DNA of 64,000 nucleotides, taken from NCBI GenBank assembly GCA_963718665.1, contig OY970359.1, forward strand, positions 64,001 to 128,000. The letters are read 5' to 3'. The notes beneath the pieces are model-generated. The model did no database searches. It had not been told where the DNA came from and saw only the letters and a program-made list of their open reading frames with translations. Position numbers and translations under genes: made by a program. Shown here piece by piece: positions 21,764 to 32,180 of this stretch (positions are counted from its first letter, which is position 1; the number at the start of each line of letters is the position of its first letter). This stretch comes from an uncultured Phycisphaerales bacterium. GTDB taxonomy: Bacteria > Planctomycetota > Phycisphaerae > Sedimentisphaerales > Anaerobacaceae.

Positions 21764-22549
21764 ATGAACCTGATAGCTATAGATATAGGCAATACCAATA
21801 TTGGCGTTGGGCTGTTTCTCAATGATGAGGAACAGTCCGTAAAGTCGGTACCCGGCGAAGCAAAAGCCGAACTGACCGAACTGCTCAAATCGACCTGGGA
21901 AATGATACCCGTTGCCAAACGCTCCAAAGAAGGCAAACGTGAAGGCGTAATCGTCATAAGTTCCGTCAAACCCGTCTGGACGCAGGTCGTGCGCGACATC
22001 GCAAAACAAACCCTCGGTGAGAATATACTGCTTGTGGGCAGTGAAATCCCCTTCCCAATCGAGCTATCGATAGCAGAACCGGATAAAGTGGGAACTGACC
22101 GGGCTTTGGCGGCCTCGGCTGCTTACGCGGTCGCGGAACACGCGGTTGCGGTCGCGGATTTCGGCACAGCCGTAACAATTGACCTCGTCGATGACCGCGG
22201 CGTATTCTGCGGCGGGGTAATCTTTCCCGGCTTTGAAATGAGCGCAAACGCCCTGCACAATGATACCGCTCAACTGCCGAAAGTAACGGTAACAAAGCCG
22301 CAATGGCCCTTCGGCAAAAATACCGTCGAGGCAATCAACGCAGGCCTGTATTATTCAGCTATCAGCTCATTACAGGAAATTGTCAGGCGATACGCCGAAA
22401 CAATTGGAACCTGGCCGCAACTGGTAATCACCGGCTCTGGCGCAAAACTTATTAAAGATGACTGCGACTTCGTTGATAACTACGTGCCAAATTTAGTCAT
22501 CAAAGGTATCGCCCTGGCCTACAACAAATATGTCGAATCGAAGGAGTAA
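21764..22549 (+). CDS. coaX: Type III pantothenate kinase
   Basis: IDIGNTN, SSV, VGTDR, DFGTAVT.D, GGVIFPG, ITGSG. Confidence 0.95.
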   Translation: MNLIAIDIGNTNIGVGLFLNDEEQSVKSVPGEAKAELTELLKSTWEMIPVAKRSKEGKREGVIVISSVKPVWTQVVRDIAKQTLGENILLVGSEIPFPIELSIAEPDKVGTDRALAASAAYAVAEHAVAVADFGTAVTIDLVDDRGVFCGGVIFPGFEMSANALHNDTAQLPKVTVTKPQWPFGKNTVEAINAGLYYSAISSLQEIVRRYAETIGTWPQLVITGSGAKLIKDDCDFVDNYVPNLVIKGIALAYNKYVESKE

Positions 22550-22560
22550 TCAACTCTCCT

Positions 22561-23730
22561 ATGTCTGTCTTCGCAGCGGTAATGACCGGCAAGGGAACAG
22601 GGGCTATCGCCACGATACAGCTTTGTGGCGATTCGGCGGTGGATATTTTGAAGCAGATATTCTCCTCTCAAACCCAAAAACCTGTTGAATTCACAACGGG
22701 CAACATTTTGTTAGGCATTATCAAATCAGGCGATAAAACAATCGACCAGGTAACCATCGGCTGCGAAAGCAATAACTCATACGCCATTAACTGCCATGGC
22801 AATCCGCTCATCGTCGAAGAAATTATGCAATTGCTCCGCCAATATGGCGTCGAATTACTGACCGCTAAACAATTGTTTTGCAAAACCTCAGCAAATAACA
22901 ACACAATAGCACTCGAAGCCAAATTGATGTTGCCAAAGGTTAAAACGCTCGAAGGCACGCGAATTATCCTCAATCAAATCGATTCCGGCCTTCCGGCCTC
23001 GGCAAAAAAATGGCTACAAAACCCGCCTGAAAATATCGCTGCTGAAGCACAAGAAATCATCGACAAAAGCAAAATCGCCAAACTCATCATTTCCGGCTGT
23101 TCGATTGTCCTCGCAGGCCCGCCCAACACGGGCAAAAGCACACTGCTCAATCAGCTCTGCGGAAAACAAAAAGTGATTGTAGCGGACATCAAAGGCACAA
23201 CTCGCGACTGGGTCTCGGCAAATTGCCAAATCGGCTCATTAGCCATTGAACTGATTGATACTGCCGGGCTGGATGATAAATTCGCGGACGACATTGACAA
23301 AGCTGCTCAACAAACGGCAACAGAACTCATAAATCAGGCGGATATCGTCTTATTGGTCCTCGATAACAGCGAGCCGGCCAACCAAATCGATAAATCCTTC
23401 ACAAATATACTGACCAATAAAAAAGTCCTGGTCGTCCTTAACAAATCAGACCTGCCCTTCGTTTCGCAGCGTGGCAGGGAACTGCCCTGCTTATTGGAAA
23501 CAGGCAATACGCCAAACGTAGTTAGTATCAGCGCAAAACTCGGATCGGGAATCGACTACCTTTGCGACGAGATTCAGCAATTAGCCGGCGTTGAAAATTT
23601 TGACCCTAATCAGCCGATTTGCTTCACCCCCCGCCAGGAGCAACTTCTGGCTAAACTTACAAAAAACAAATCAAAAGACGCCGCACACACACTCATTACA
23701 GAGTTGTTAAGTGGTCCGCTGAATGTATAA
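22561..23730 (+). CDS. MnmE/TrmE-like GTPase, shortened
   Basis: N-terminal G.GAIATI, CHG; G-motifs GPPNTGKSTLLN, GTTRD, DTAG, NKSD, SAK. Lacks the C-terminal CxGK motif. Confidence 0.85.
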   Translation: MSVFAAVMTGKGTGAIATIQLCGDSAVDILKQIFSSQTQKPVEFTTGNILLGIIKSGDKTIDQVTIGCESNNSYAINCHGNPLIVEEIMQLLRQYGVELLTAKQLFCKTSANNNTIALEAKLMLPKVKTLEGTRIILNQIDSGLPASAKKWLQNPPENIAAEAQEIIDKSKIAKLIISGCSIVLAGPPNTGKSTLLNQLCGKQKVIVADIKGTTRDWVSANCQIGSLAIELIDTAGLDDKFADDIDKAAQQTATELINQADIVLLVLDNSEPANQIDKSFTNILTNKKVLVVLNKSDLPFVSQRGRELPCLLETGNTPNVVSISAKLGSGIDYLCDEIQQLAGVENFDPNQPICFTPRQEQLLAKLTKNKSKDAAHTLITELLSGPLNV

Positions 23731-23739
23731 TCAGCCGAT

Positions 23740-26373
23740 ATGACCACCAGCAGCGACAATTTGACGCCGGCGATGAGGCAGTTTCATCAGTTCAAGCAGA
23801 AGTACCCGGACTGCATACTCTTTTTCCGGATGGGCGACTTCTACGAAACCTTCTACGAGGACGCCAAAACCTGCTCTAAAGTCCTGGGACTGACGTTAAC
23901 CAGCAGGGATAAGGGCAGTGATAACCCCGTTCCGCTGGCGGGCGTTCCCTGGCACGCCGTCGATGGCTATCTTAGAAAAATGCTTCAGGCGGGCTACAAA
24001 GTTGCCGTATGCGAGCAGATTGAAGACCCCAAAACCGCAAAGGGCTTAGTCAAACGCGACGTGGTTCGGGTTGTTACACCCGGAACACTGACCGATGACA
24101 TCCTGCTGGAAGCGAAACAGGATAATTTTTTAGCGGCGGTCTGGCAGACAAATTCGGCCTCGGCGATAAGCTGGGTCGATATCTCAACCGGGCATTTTTT
24201 CGCCCAGCAGCTTGGCGAAGACGAATTGCTCGATGAAATAGTGCGATTGTCCCCTGCCGAGTGCCTCCTGCCCGACAGGCGAGGCGAGTTATTCGAGGCA
24301 CAGGCGAAAAAATTAGCAAAAGGTATCAGCGAACTGACCGGCGCAACGGTTACACAAAGGCCAAGCTGGTATTTCGACCCCTATCAGGCAAAACAACGGC
24401 TGCTGAAACACTTCGGAACAGTAACATTAGAAGGTTTCGGAATCAACGATTCCGATGGTGCGGTCATTCCCCCGGCCGGTGCGTTAATCGAATATCTTAA
24501 CGAAACGCAAAAGACCGCGCTGGCGCATATCTCAAACATCAAAAAAATCAGCCGGAAAAAATTCCTGCACATCGATTACACCTCGCTCCAGAGTTTGGAG
24601 GTCCTGCGCACAATTCGCACCGAGGGCACGAAGGGGACATTGCTCGATTGCCTCGATTCGACACTTACGCCGATGGGGGGCAGGATGTTTCGCAACTGGC
24701 TTTGCAGGCCATTGTGCGAGTTATCGGCTATTGAATTACGCCAGGACGCCGTAGCAGAATTGAAAGACAGCGACAACCAACTGGTTGAAGTCCGCAAACT
24801 GCTTGGCGATATCGCCGACCCCGAGCGAATCGCCGCACGCATCGCTACCGCGAGGGCATTGCCGCGAGACCTCGTCGCTTTAGCCCGCACCTTGCGACAA
24901 ATACCCAAACTGCGCCAAACTCTGGGTCAATTCAGCGCCAAACTGCTCCGTGATTTGACGGGCCGATGCGACAGTATGGATGAGTTGGCCGATTTGCTCG
25001 ATTCCGCAATCGAGCCAAATTGCCCGCTGCGCCTGACCGACAGCGGCGTCATTCGCACAGGGTTCAATAAGGAACTCGACGAATTGCGCTCAATATCACG
25101 CAATGGCCAAACCTGGCTCCAACAATACCAGAAACAGCAAATCGAACGAACCGGCATCGACAAGCTCAAAGTCGGCTTTAACCAGGTCTTTGGCTACTAC
25201 ATCGAAATCAGCAGGTTAAACGCCGACAAAGTCCCCGCCGATTACGTCCGCAAGCAGACAATTACCAACGCCGAAAGATATATCACCGATGAATTGAAAA
25301 AATATGAGACCCGGGCCCTCGGCGCAGAAGAAAAAGCCCTCGCTATCGAGCAAAAGCTTTTCGAAGAGGTTCGAATTCAATCTGCCCAATATATCCCCCG
25401 CCTTCAGGAACTGGCGGACACAGTCTCGCAATGCGACTGCCTCGCAGCCCTCGCCTATATCGCCAATCGTCGCGGCTACATCAGGCCCAAATTGACAACC
25501 GATAACGACCTTCTCATTCAGAACGGCAAACACCCCGTCCTCGCTGAAATGCTCGGCGCGGAATTTGTCCCCAACGATATCTCGCTCGGCAATCAGTCGG
25601 GTGATGTAATGATAATCACAGGCCCCAATATGAGCGGCAAAAGCACCTACATAAGACAAACCGCCCTGCTCGTCCTTATGGCTCAGGTCGGCTCATTCAT
25701 CCCCGCTAAAGAGGCAACCATAGGCCTTGTTGACTGCATCTTCACCCGCGTCGGCGCATCCGACGAACTAATCCGCGGCCAATCAACCTTTATGGTCGAA
25801 ATGACTGAAACCGCCAATATCATTAATAACGCTACTTCAAAATCCTTAGTCGTCCTCGACGAAGTCGGCAGAGGCACAAGCACCTACGATGGCCTCGCCC
25901 TCGCCTGGGCAATCACCGAGCACATCGCCGGCAAAATCAAATGCCGAACGCTCTTCGCCACGCACTACCACGAATTGACCGAACTCTCGGAATTGTTTGC
26001 AAATATCAAAAATTGCAACGTAGCTGTGCGTGAATGGATGGATGAGGTGGTTTTCCTTCACAAGATTTTGCCTGGCGGCACCGATAAATCCTATGGCATT
26101 CATGTCGCGAAATTAGCAGGCATCCCAAGACCGATTCTCGAACGCTCTAAAGAAATCCTGGCTGAACTCGAAACCACCTTCCAGAAAGAGGCCGCCGGCT
26201 CACACCTTGCCAAAAACAAAACCAAGAAGCCCGATGCCGATACTCTCTTCGTCCAGAAGCACAAGAGCATCTTAGATAAACTCGCCTCTGTCGATGTAAA
26301 TAACCTCACGCCTATCGAAGCAATGAATCTGCTCAATCAAATCAAGAATGATATGAAGCCCGGCCAAGCTTAA
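23740..26373 (+). CDS. mutS: DNA mismatch repair protein MutS
   Basis: TPAMRQF, FRMGDFYE, TGPNMSGKSTY, STFMVEM, DEVGRGTS, ATHYHEL, SYGIHVA. Confidence 0.98.
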   Translation: MTTSSDNLTPAMRQFHQFKQKYPDCILFFRMGDFYETFYEDAKTCSKVLGLTLTSRDKGSDNPVPLAGVPWHAVDGYLRKMLQAGYKVAVCEQIEDPKTAKGLVKRDVVRVVTPGTLTDDILLEAKQDNFLAAVWQTNSASAISWVDISTGHFFAQQLGEDELLDEIVRLSPAECLLPDRRGELFEAQAKKLAKGISELTGATVTQRPSWYFDPYQAKQRLLKHFGTVTLEGFGINDSDGAVIPPAGALIEYLNETQKTALAHISNIKKISRKKFLHIDYTSLQSLEVLRTIRTEGTKGTLLDCLDSTLTPMGGRMFRNWLCRPLCELSAIELRQDAVAELKDSDNQLVEVRKLLGDIADPERIAARIATARALPRDLVALARTLRQIPKLRQTLGQFSAKLLRDLTGRCDSMDELADLLDSAIEPNCPLRLTDSGVIRTGFNKELDELRSISRNGQTWLQQYQKQQIERTGIDKLKVGFNQVFGYYIEISRLNADKVPADYVRKQTITNAERYITDELKKYETRALGAEEKALAIEQKLFEEVRIQSAQYIPRLQELADTVSQCDCLAALAYIANRRGYIRPKLTTDNDLLIQNGKHPVLAEMLGAEFVPNDISLGNQSGDVMIITGPNMSGKSTYIRQTALLVLMAQVGSFIPAKEATIGLVDCIFTRVGASDELIRGQSTFMVEMTETANIINNATSKSLVVLDEVGRGTSTYDGLALAWAITEHIAGKIKCRTLFATHYHELTELSELFANIKNCNVAVREWMDEVVFLHKILPGGTDKSYGIHVAKLAGIPRPILERSKEILAELETTFQKEAAGSHLAKNKTKKPDADTLFVQKHKSILDKLASVDVNNLTPIEAMNLLNQIKNDMKPGQA

Positions 26374-26378
26374 GTACA

Positions 26379-27605
26379 TTACTTCACAACCAATTTGCCC
26401 GCGAGTGCCCCCGTTGACCATGCAATTTGAAGATTATAGCCGCCGCAGGGGCCGTCAACGTCGATTGTCTCGCCCGCAAAGAATAAGCCGGGGCAAACCT
26501 CGGACTGCATCGTCGTTGGGTCGATTCCGGCTGTGCTTACGCCGCCATTGGTAACAATCGCCTCATCTATCGGCTTTGTTGCTACAATCGGGACAGGCAG
26601 CTTTTTCAGTAACTGAATCACTTTTCTTCGCTGCTCTTTTTTCAACTGGCTCGCGCTTGTTTCTGTAATTCCCGCCAAAGTGCAGATAAGCCCGCCTAAT
26701 TTTTTAGGAGCCAGCTCGAAAAGAACATTTGCGATGATTTTTTTGGAATACTGCGATAGTTGCCCCATCAAATATTCTTCTAATTGCGATTCGTTCATCG
26801 CGGGGACAAGGTCGATGGTAACTTCAATCGGCTTTTTAGCGGGCAGATAATCAACAAGCAATCGGCTCAAATCCAGAACCGCCGGCCCGCTTATTCCGTC
26901 GTGCGTAAATATCATCGGCCCGCTGACACCGATTTTCTTTTTATTCACCATCACGGATATCGTAACGTTATCTCGCGAAATTCCCGCCAGTTCAGCGCAC
27001 CATTTTTCAGTCGATACAAGCGGCACAAGCGCGGCTCTCGGCTCGATTATTGTATGCCTTAGGGATTTCGCTAATTTATAGCCGTCGCCCGTCGAGCCGG
27101 TAGCGGGGTAACTCACTCCGCCCGTGGCGATAATCACTTTGGGAGCCGACGTAATTTCACTGCCGGTGAAAACCGAGAAGCCGTCGCCTCGCTTTTCGAT
27201 TTTATCTGCCCCCCTGCCAAATATAAACTGCACGCCGAGGTTATGGCATTGACTCAACAAGGCGTCGCAAACGTCGCCTGCTCGTTCACTCACCGGGAAC
27301 ACACAACCCTGTTCATCGACCTTGGTTTCGATACCAATCTGGCTGAAAAATTCGCGTGTCATATAAGGCGAAAACTCGTGCAGACAATACCGCAGGAACC
27401 TCCCCGATTTACCGTACACCCTAACAAAATCATCGACCGTACCCGTGTGCGTGATATTACACCTGCCCCCGCCCGTCAAAAGCAGCTTCCTCCCCGGTAT
27501 CTGGTTCTTCTCTATCACGACCACCGTCGCTTTGCTTTGCGCCGCGAATATCGCCGACATCAACCCCGCCGGCCCCGCCCCGATTACACAAACGTCTGTT
27601 TTCAT
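26379..27605 (-). CDS. HI0933/BaiN family flavoprotein
   Basis: VIGAGPAG, GRKLLLTGGGRCNITH, ATGG.SYP.TGSTGDG, FTHDGISGP, GGYNLQIAWSTG. Start placed at MKTDV. Confidence 0.93.
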   Translation of the reverse strand: MKTDVCVIGAGPAGLMSAIFAAQSKATVVVIEKNQIPGRKLLLTGGGRCNITHTGTVDDFVRVYGKSGRFLRYCLHEFSPYMTREFFSQIGIETKVDEQGCVFPVSERAGDVCDALLSQCHNLGVQFIFGRGADKIEKRGDGFSVFTGSEITSAPKVIIATGGVSYPATGSTGDGYKLAKSLRHTIIEPRAALVPLVSTEKWCAELAGISRDNVTISVMVNKKKIGVSGPMIFTHDGISGPAVLDLSRLLVDYLPAKKPIEVTIDLVPAMNESQLEEYLMGQLSQYSKKIIANVLFELAPKKLGGLICTLAGITETSASQLKKEQRRKVIQLLKKLPVPIVATKPIDEAIVTNGGVSTAGIDPTTMQSEVCPGLFFAGETIDVDGPCGGYNLQIAWSTGALAGKLVVK

Positions 27606-27694
27606 AGTGGCTCCGAGTTTAGCTGAGCAGGCCTGTTGTGTCAAAGACCACTATTGCAATTCAGCCCGCTACACATAGGATAACAGCAAAAATT

Positions 27695-28630
27695 ATGCCC
27701 CTGAAACCAAACAATTTATGTTCAATCGCATTGTTACTGACGGCCATAACCGCAATTGCCTTTGCCAGCGATAAACCGCAGGATAAGCCCACGCTATACG
27801 TCGCGGTCAACGAACCGAATAACCGAATGGTAAAAGCCGACGAGGTAAACCTACCCTTAACCGACGGCTTGAATATTGTCATCGCGACGCACGGATGGAT
27901 TGAGAGAGAACAATGGCCGAAGAATTTGGCCTTCGATATCAGAGACAAGGTCGATTCAAACGAATGGGTCTGTGGCTGGTTCGACTGGCGAAACGAGGCA
28001 AGGGTTGTCAACCCAAGGGACGCGGCACATTTCGCACGTGAAACAGCCGGCAAAATGCTGGCGGAGCAGATTCTGAAAATATCGAACAATCCGCGGCACA
28101 TTCATTTAATCGCTCATTCCTCCGGCTGCTGGGCAATCAGCGAAGCAGCTAAAATCATTGCCCAAAAGACAAACGCGAACATTCACCTGACGTTTCTTGA
28201 CGCCTATGTCCCGCTGGGCTGGGACGCAAACTCACTTGGGGATATACCTGCTGAACCGAACAAAATTTACTGGGCTGACCATTATTTAACACAGGATATC
28301 ACTGGTAACGTTACCTATTGCCGGCTTGCCCACGCCCATAATGTTGATATAGGCGAAATCACCCCCGGCCTTAAAGACCACAGGTTCCCATTTCACTGGT
28401 ATCCCGCGACGGTCCTCGGTAAATACGACCCGAACGATAAATACGCCGGCGAAAAACTGTATTACAAATCAGGCAATCTCAAATATGGCTTTGCCCGCTC
28501 ACTCGAAGCCGGAAAAGCAAATTGGGAAGCATCATTGAAGCTCCCGACAGGTAACAACATCATAAAATTAGCAAAACCCAAAGAACCCTTCGACCCTTTC
28601 GGCTGGTTGTTCAAAAACAAATCAAACTGA
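27695..28630 (+). CDS. Secreted alpha/beta-hydrolase-fold (lipase-like) protein
   Basis: Signal peptide, THGW oxyanion motif, HLIAHSSG nucleophile elbow, LTFLDA. Confidence 0.72.
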   Translation: MPLKPNNLCSIALLLTAITAIAFASDKPQDKPTLYVAVNEPNNRMVKADEVNLPLTDGLNIVIATHGWIEREQWPKNLAFDIRDKVDSNEWVCGWFDWRNEARVVNPRDAAHFARETAGKMLAEQILKISNNPRHIHLIAHSSGCWAISEAAKIIAQKTNANIHLTFLDAYVPLGWDANSLGDIPAEPNKIYWADHYLTQDITGNVTYCRLAHAHNVDIGEITPGLKDHRFPFHWYPATVLGKYDPNDKYAGEKLYYKSGNLKYGFARSLEAGKANWEASLKLPTGNNIIKLAKPKEPFDPFGWLFKNKSN

Positions 28631-28716
28631 CCAACAGACATTGGCAATTAGGCAGCCACTTTGTTATAATTCTGCCTTTCTGAGATTTTTAAAATAATCG
28701 AATTACTGAGGACATT

Positions 28717-30189
28717 ATGGCAAAGCTGACAAAACTGGGCGACATAGTATCACTGTGCAAAAGGCGTGGTTTCATATTTCAATCGAGCGAAATCTACGGC
28801 GGCCTCGCGAGCTGTTACGACTACGGCCCACTGGGCGTTGAACTGAAAAACAACGTCAAGAAGGCCTGGTGGAAAAACGTCGTCCAGATGCGAGACGACG
28901 TCGTCGGCCTCGATTGCAGCATCCTTATGCACCCGCTCGTCTGGAAGGCATCGGGCCACGCCGACCACTTTGCCGACCTCGTCGCTGAATGTAAAAAATG
29001 CCACGTCCGCACCCGCGTTGACCATTTGAAAGACAAAGCAAACGATTCAGCACAGGAACATACCGAACACGTTGCGATTACCCCCGGCGAAAAACAGGAC
29101 TTGAGCAAAAAGGTTTGCCCCTCCTGCGGGGCGGTAGGCAATTTCACGGAACCAATGCCTTTCAAATTAATGTTTGAAACCCAGATGGGCGCAAACGTCG
29201 AGGATTCAATGACTCTTTACCTGCGCCCCGAAACCGCACAGGGTATCTTCGCCAACTTCAGAAACGTTCTCGACACCACCAGAGTCAAAATACCCTTCGG
29301 CATTGCCCAAATCGGCAAAAGCTTCCGCAACGAAGTAACAACCAAGGCGTTCATTTTCAGAACGCGCGAATTTGAGCAGGCCGAACTGGAATTTTTCTGC
29401 GAGCCGGGAACCGACGACAAATGGTTTGAGCACTGGAAAGAACAGCGTTTCAACTGGTATTTGAACCTCGGCATCAAAAAAGACAACCTGCGTTTCCGTG
29501 AACACGAAAAAGATGAACTCGCCCATTATGCCAAGGGCTGCGTCGATGTCGAATACAGATTCCCGTTTGGCTCAGGCGATTGGCAGGAACTTGAAGGCAT
29601 CGCCAACCGCACCGATTACGACCTACGCCAGCACCAGCGAGGAATGCGCACGCTCAACTCCTGGTATGAAACCAAGGGCGACCTGTCGAAGATAAAACTG
29701 AAAGAAGAGGCCGAGGACTATCTCAAAGGGCCTCTGTCATACTTCGACGACGAAAAGAAAGCCCGGTATATCCCTTATGTGATTGAACCTAGCGCAGGTA
29801 TGGATAGAAGCACGCTGGCGTTTCTCGTTGACGCTTATGATGAAGAGGAAGTCCGCGGCGAGACGCGAAATGTCCTGCGATTCTCTTCGGCTATCGCGCC
29901 GACAAAAGCAGGCATATTCCCGTTAGTCAATAAAGATGGCATGCCCGAAACCGCCCGCAATATCTTCAACGACCTCAAGGGACGTTTCAACTGTGTTTAC
30001 GACGAAAAAGGCGCAATAGGCAGACGCTACCGCAGGCAGGATGAGGCGGGCACGCCTTTCTGCGTCACCGTCGATGGCCAGACCGCTCAGGACCAGACCG
30101 TTACCGTTCGCCAGCGCGATTCGATGGAGCAAATCCGCGTCGCCACCGACCAGTTAAAGACCTACCTGCGCGATAAACTGGATATGTGA
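28717..30189 (+). CDS. glyQS: Glycine--tRNA ligase (homodimeric type)
   Basis: LCKRRGF, YDYGPLG, LRPETAQG, GKSFRNE, ELEGIANR, IEPS.G.DR, IGRRYRRQDE.GTP. Confidence 0.97.
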   Translation: MAKLTKLGDIVSLCKRRGFIFQSSEIYGGLASCYDYGPLGVELKNNVKKAWWKNVVQMRDDVVGLDCSILMHPLVWKASGHADHFADLVAECKKCHVRTRVDHLKDKANDSAQEHTEHVAITPGEKQDLSKKVCPSCGAVGNFTEPMPFKLMFETQMGANVEDSMTLYLRPETAQGIFANFRNVLDTTRVKIPFGIAQIGKSFRNEVTTKAFIFRTREFEQAELEFFCEPGTDDKWFEHWKEQRFNWYLNLGIKKDNLRFREHEKDELAHYAKGCVDVEYRFPFGSGDWQELEGIANRTDYDLRQHQRGMRTLNSWYETKGDLSKIKLKEEAEDYLKGPLSYFDDEKKARYIPYVIEPSAGMDRSTLAFLVDAYDEEEVRGETRNVLRFSSAIAPTKAGIFPLVNKDGMPETARNIFNDLKGRFNCVYDEKGAIGRRYRRQDEAGTPFCVTVDGQTAQDQTVTVRQRDSMEQIRVATDQLKTYLRDKLDM

Positions 30190-30194
30190 AATGA

Positions 30195-30270
30195 TACAGA
30201 CACGGATTTACACTGATTAACACTGTTTTTTATTTTTTTCTCTGTGGTTTCTGTGTGCTCTGTGGCTAAA
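30195..30270. repeat. Intergenic 9-mer-period microrepeats (CACGGATT / CTCTGTGnn)
   Basis: The same units recur at about 37676-37703, 40731-40760, 45667-45686, 50623-50930, 54433-54500 and 54771-54860. Confidence 0.75.
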
Positions 30271-30302
30271 ACAAAAATATTATTTGTTCTCCGTGGCCAA
30301 CA

Positions 30303-30764
30303 ATGATTCTCGACACAATCGACAACACCCGTTTGTACATCGGTCTGCACGCCGGCTTCGCCAGGGCGTTTGAGATTCTCACGGATAAAACCCTGTCGCA
30401 AAAACAAGACGGCAAATACGCCGTCGATGGCGAAAAAATCCACTATACCACCCAGCATTATACAACCAAACCGCTAAACGAAGGTAATCTCGAAGCCCAC
30501 CGCAAATACATCGATATCCAATTCTTATTAGAAGGCGTTGAACTCCTCGGCTACTCGCCATTAAAGGGTCTTACAACCGCCGAAGTTTACAACCCTCAAA
30601 AGGATATCGCCTTTTTCAATACGCCTAAGGAAATCACAAAAGTAAAACTCGAACCGGGCCTTTTCTGCATCCTTTTCCCCAACGACACCCACCTCCCCTG
30701 CCGACAGCTCGCAAGCCCAGCCGATGTCCGAAAAGTGGTTATCAAAATTCAAATAAAGGAATAG
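30303..30764 (+). CDS. YhcH/YjgK/YiaL family protein
   Basis: MILD, EAHRKYIDIQ, DIAFF, ILFP.D.H.P, KVVIKI. Confidence 0.92.
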   Translation: MILDTIDNTRLYIGLHAGFARAFEILTDKTLSQKQDGKYAVDGEKIHYTTQHYTTKPLNEGNLEAHRKYIDIQFLLEGVELLGYSPLKGLTTAEVYNPQKDIAFFNTPKEITKVKLEPGLFCILFPNDTHLPCRQLASPADVRKVVIKIQIKE

Positions 30765-30768
30765 CGAT

Positions 30769-30957
30769 ATGAAAAAACTTTACCTTTCAACTACAGACAA
30801 GAAAATTTTCGGGGTCTGCGGCGGAATAGCTGAAACGTACGATATCGACCCAACCATGGTTCGGCTGGCGATTGTATTCCTCACCCTCGTGACATTCGTA
30901 GCGCCTTTGATAGTAACATACATCGTCGCCGGGATAATTATGCCCCGTAAACAATGA
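30769..30957 (+). CDS. PspC domain protein
   Basis: KKLY.S..DKKIFGVCGGIAETYDIDPT.VR...Y....IIMP. Confidence 0.92.
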   Translation: MKKLYLSTTDKKIFGVCGGIAETYDIDPTMVRLAIVFLTLVTFVAPLIVTYIVAGIIMPRKQ

Positions 30958-30979
30958 TGGGTTAAACCGGCAAAATTGA

Positions 30980-32056
30980 TTACTTGTAGGACTTCATAAA
31001 ATCCTGCTCTTTGAGCCAGCTAACTAACTCGTCGGCTAATTTGCGGTCTTCAGCAACTCGCGGGTGATTCATCGCCTGATATTTAAAAACAAAATGGCTG
31101 ATGTTCTTGTCGTCCGATTCGAGTTGAGTAACAATATATTTCCACGCCATATTGAGCGGCTCACTGTGCATCCCCCCATACATACCGCCACGCAACAGCA
31201 CGATATGCGCCTTCGGATATGCGGCACGAATTGCACGCACAAGTGAAATGTAACCATCATTGAAATCCACAGGGAACGGCTGTTTTTGCTTCACTGTAAA
31301 TGACTCATCGTTATCGCCTAAGTTCACAAAAACAACATCGGGCTTCCACGCGTTCAGGTTCGCGACCGCCGATGACGCTTTCGGGTAGATGCGATTCCAC
31401 ATCTCGCCCGCCTTTACATCGACGTAGCCGGTGATAATACCCATCCCGCTGACGGATATATTGCGATGGTCCGCCCCAAGCGCCTCCGCTACCATCGCCG
31501 CGTAGCTAAGCATCCCGTTGTGTGTCCGTCGGTTATCCCACTGGTCGGCATTGGCGTCTTCATTGCACGCCCCGACGGTCTTCGAATCGCCGATAAACTC
31601 CATCCTTAGTTTATACGCCACCGGCGCAAGCAACCACACCTTGGCTCCATCGCCAATCTGTATGCCATTAAAATGCACGCTGCCCGCGTTGGCCTCGCTG
31701 CGTTTGGAGAGCACAAGATGATGACGACCCGCGCCAAGCCCCGTAAACGTCGTGCCCTTCGCCGGCATTCCCTCGTTGACCTCGACTATCGTAGTCGAAT
31801 TATCAATCTTCGCATCGAAGAAGTTCTGCCACGTCGGCTTGTCAAAAAGCAGCGTCAGCGTATTGCCCTCGAAATCGATGCTGATTCTGCTCGCCTGCCA
31901 GACGACAACCGGCGAATTCGCGTCGGAAAAATCAAATCGCCCCTCATAGCGGAAACACTTGTCCGAGGCAGAAATCGTTTGTACCCCGTAAGCCGGCGCA
32001 GTTACACAGCCGGCCAATAGCAACGCACCCATTATTAAAGTCATTCGCGTTTTCAT
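30980..32056 (-). CDS. SGNH/GDSL hydrolase lipoprotein, CE2 acetylxylan esterase-like
   Basis: Lipobox LAGC, YEGR, KRSEA, EFIGDS, SGMG, NLGDND, HP near the C-terminus. Confidence 0.85.
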   Translation of the reverse strand: MKTRMTLIMGALLLAGCVTAPAYGVQTISASDKCFRYEGRFDFSDANSPVVVWQASRISIDFEGNTLTLLFDKPTWQNFFDAKIDNSTTIVEVNEGMPAKGTTFTGLGAGRHHLVLSKRSEANAGSVHFNGIQIGDGAKVWLLAPVAYKLRMEFIGDSKTVGACNEDANADQWDNRRTHNGMLSYAAMVAEALGADHRNISVSGMGIITGYVDVKAGEMWNRIYPKASSAVANLNAWKPDVVFVNLGDNDESFTVKQKQPFPVDFNDGYISLVRAIRAAYPKAHIVLLRGGMYGGMHSEPLNMAWKYIVTQLESDDKNISHFVFKYQAMNHPRVAEDRKLADELVSWLKEQDFMKSYK

Positions 32057-32180
32057 ATACTGGATTGGATACCAGCATCCCGTAATCTTGTCAACTGCAA
32101 CTTAAAATATGTGCTTTGCGGCAGGCGTCCCGCGCTGTATATTTTACTTCCTGATAGGGCCATTGAAAAAGGAATTGATA

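Noticed and set aside
21582..21764. tRNA-Tyr as an integration site for an island
   Set aside because: It is followed directly by coaX; I saw no duplicated tRNA 3' end and no integrase.
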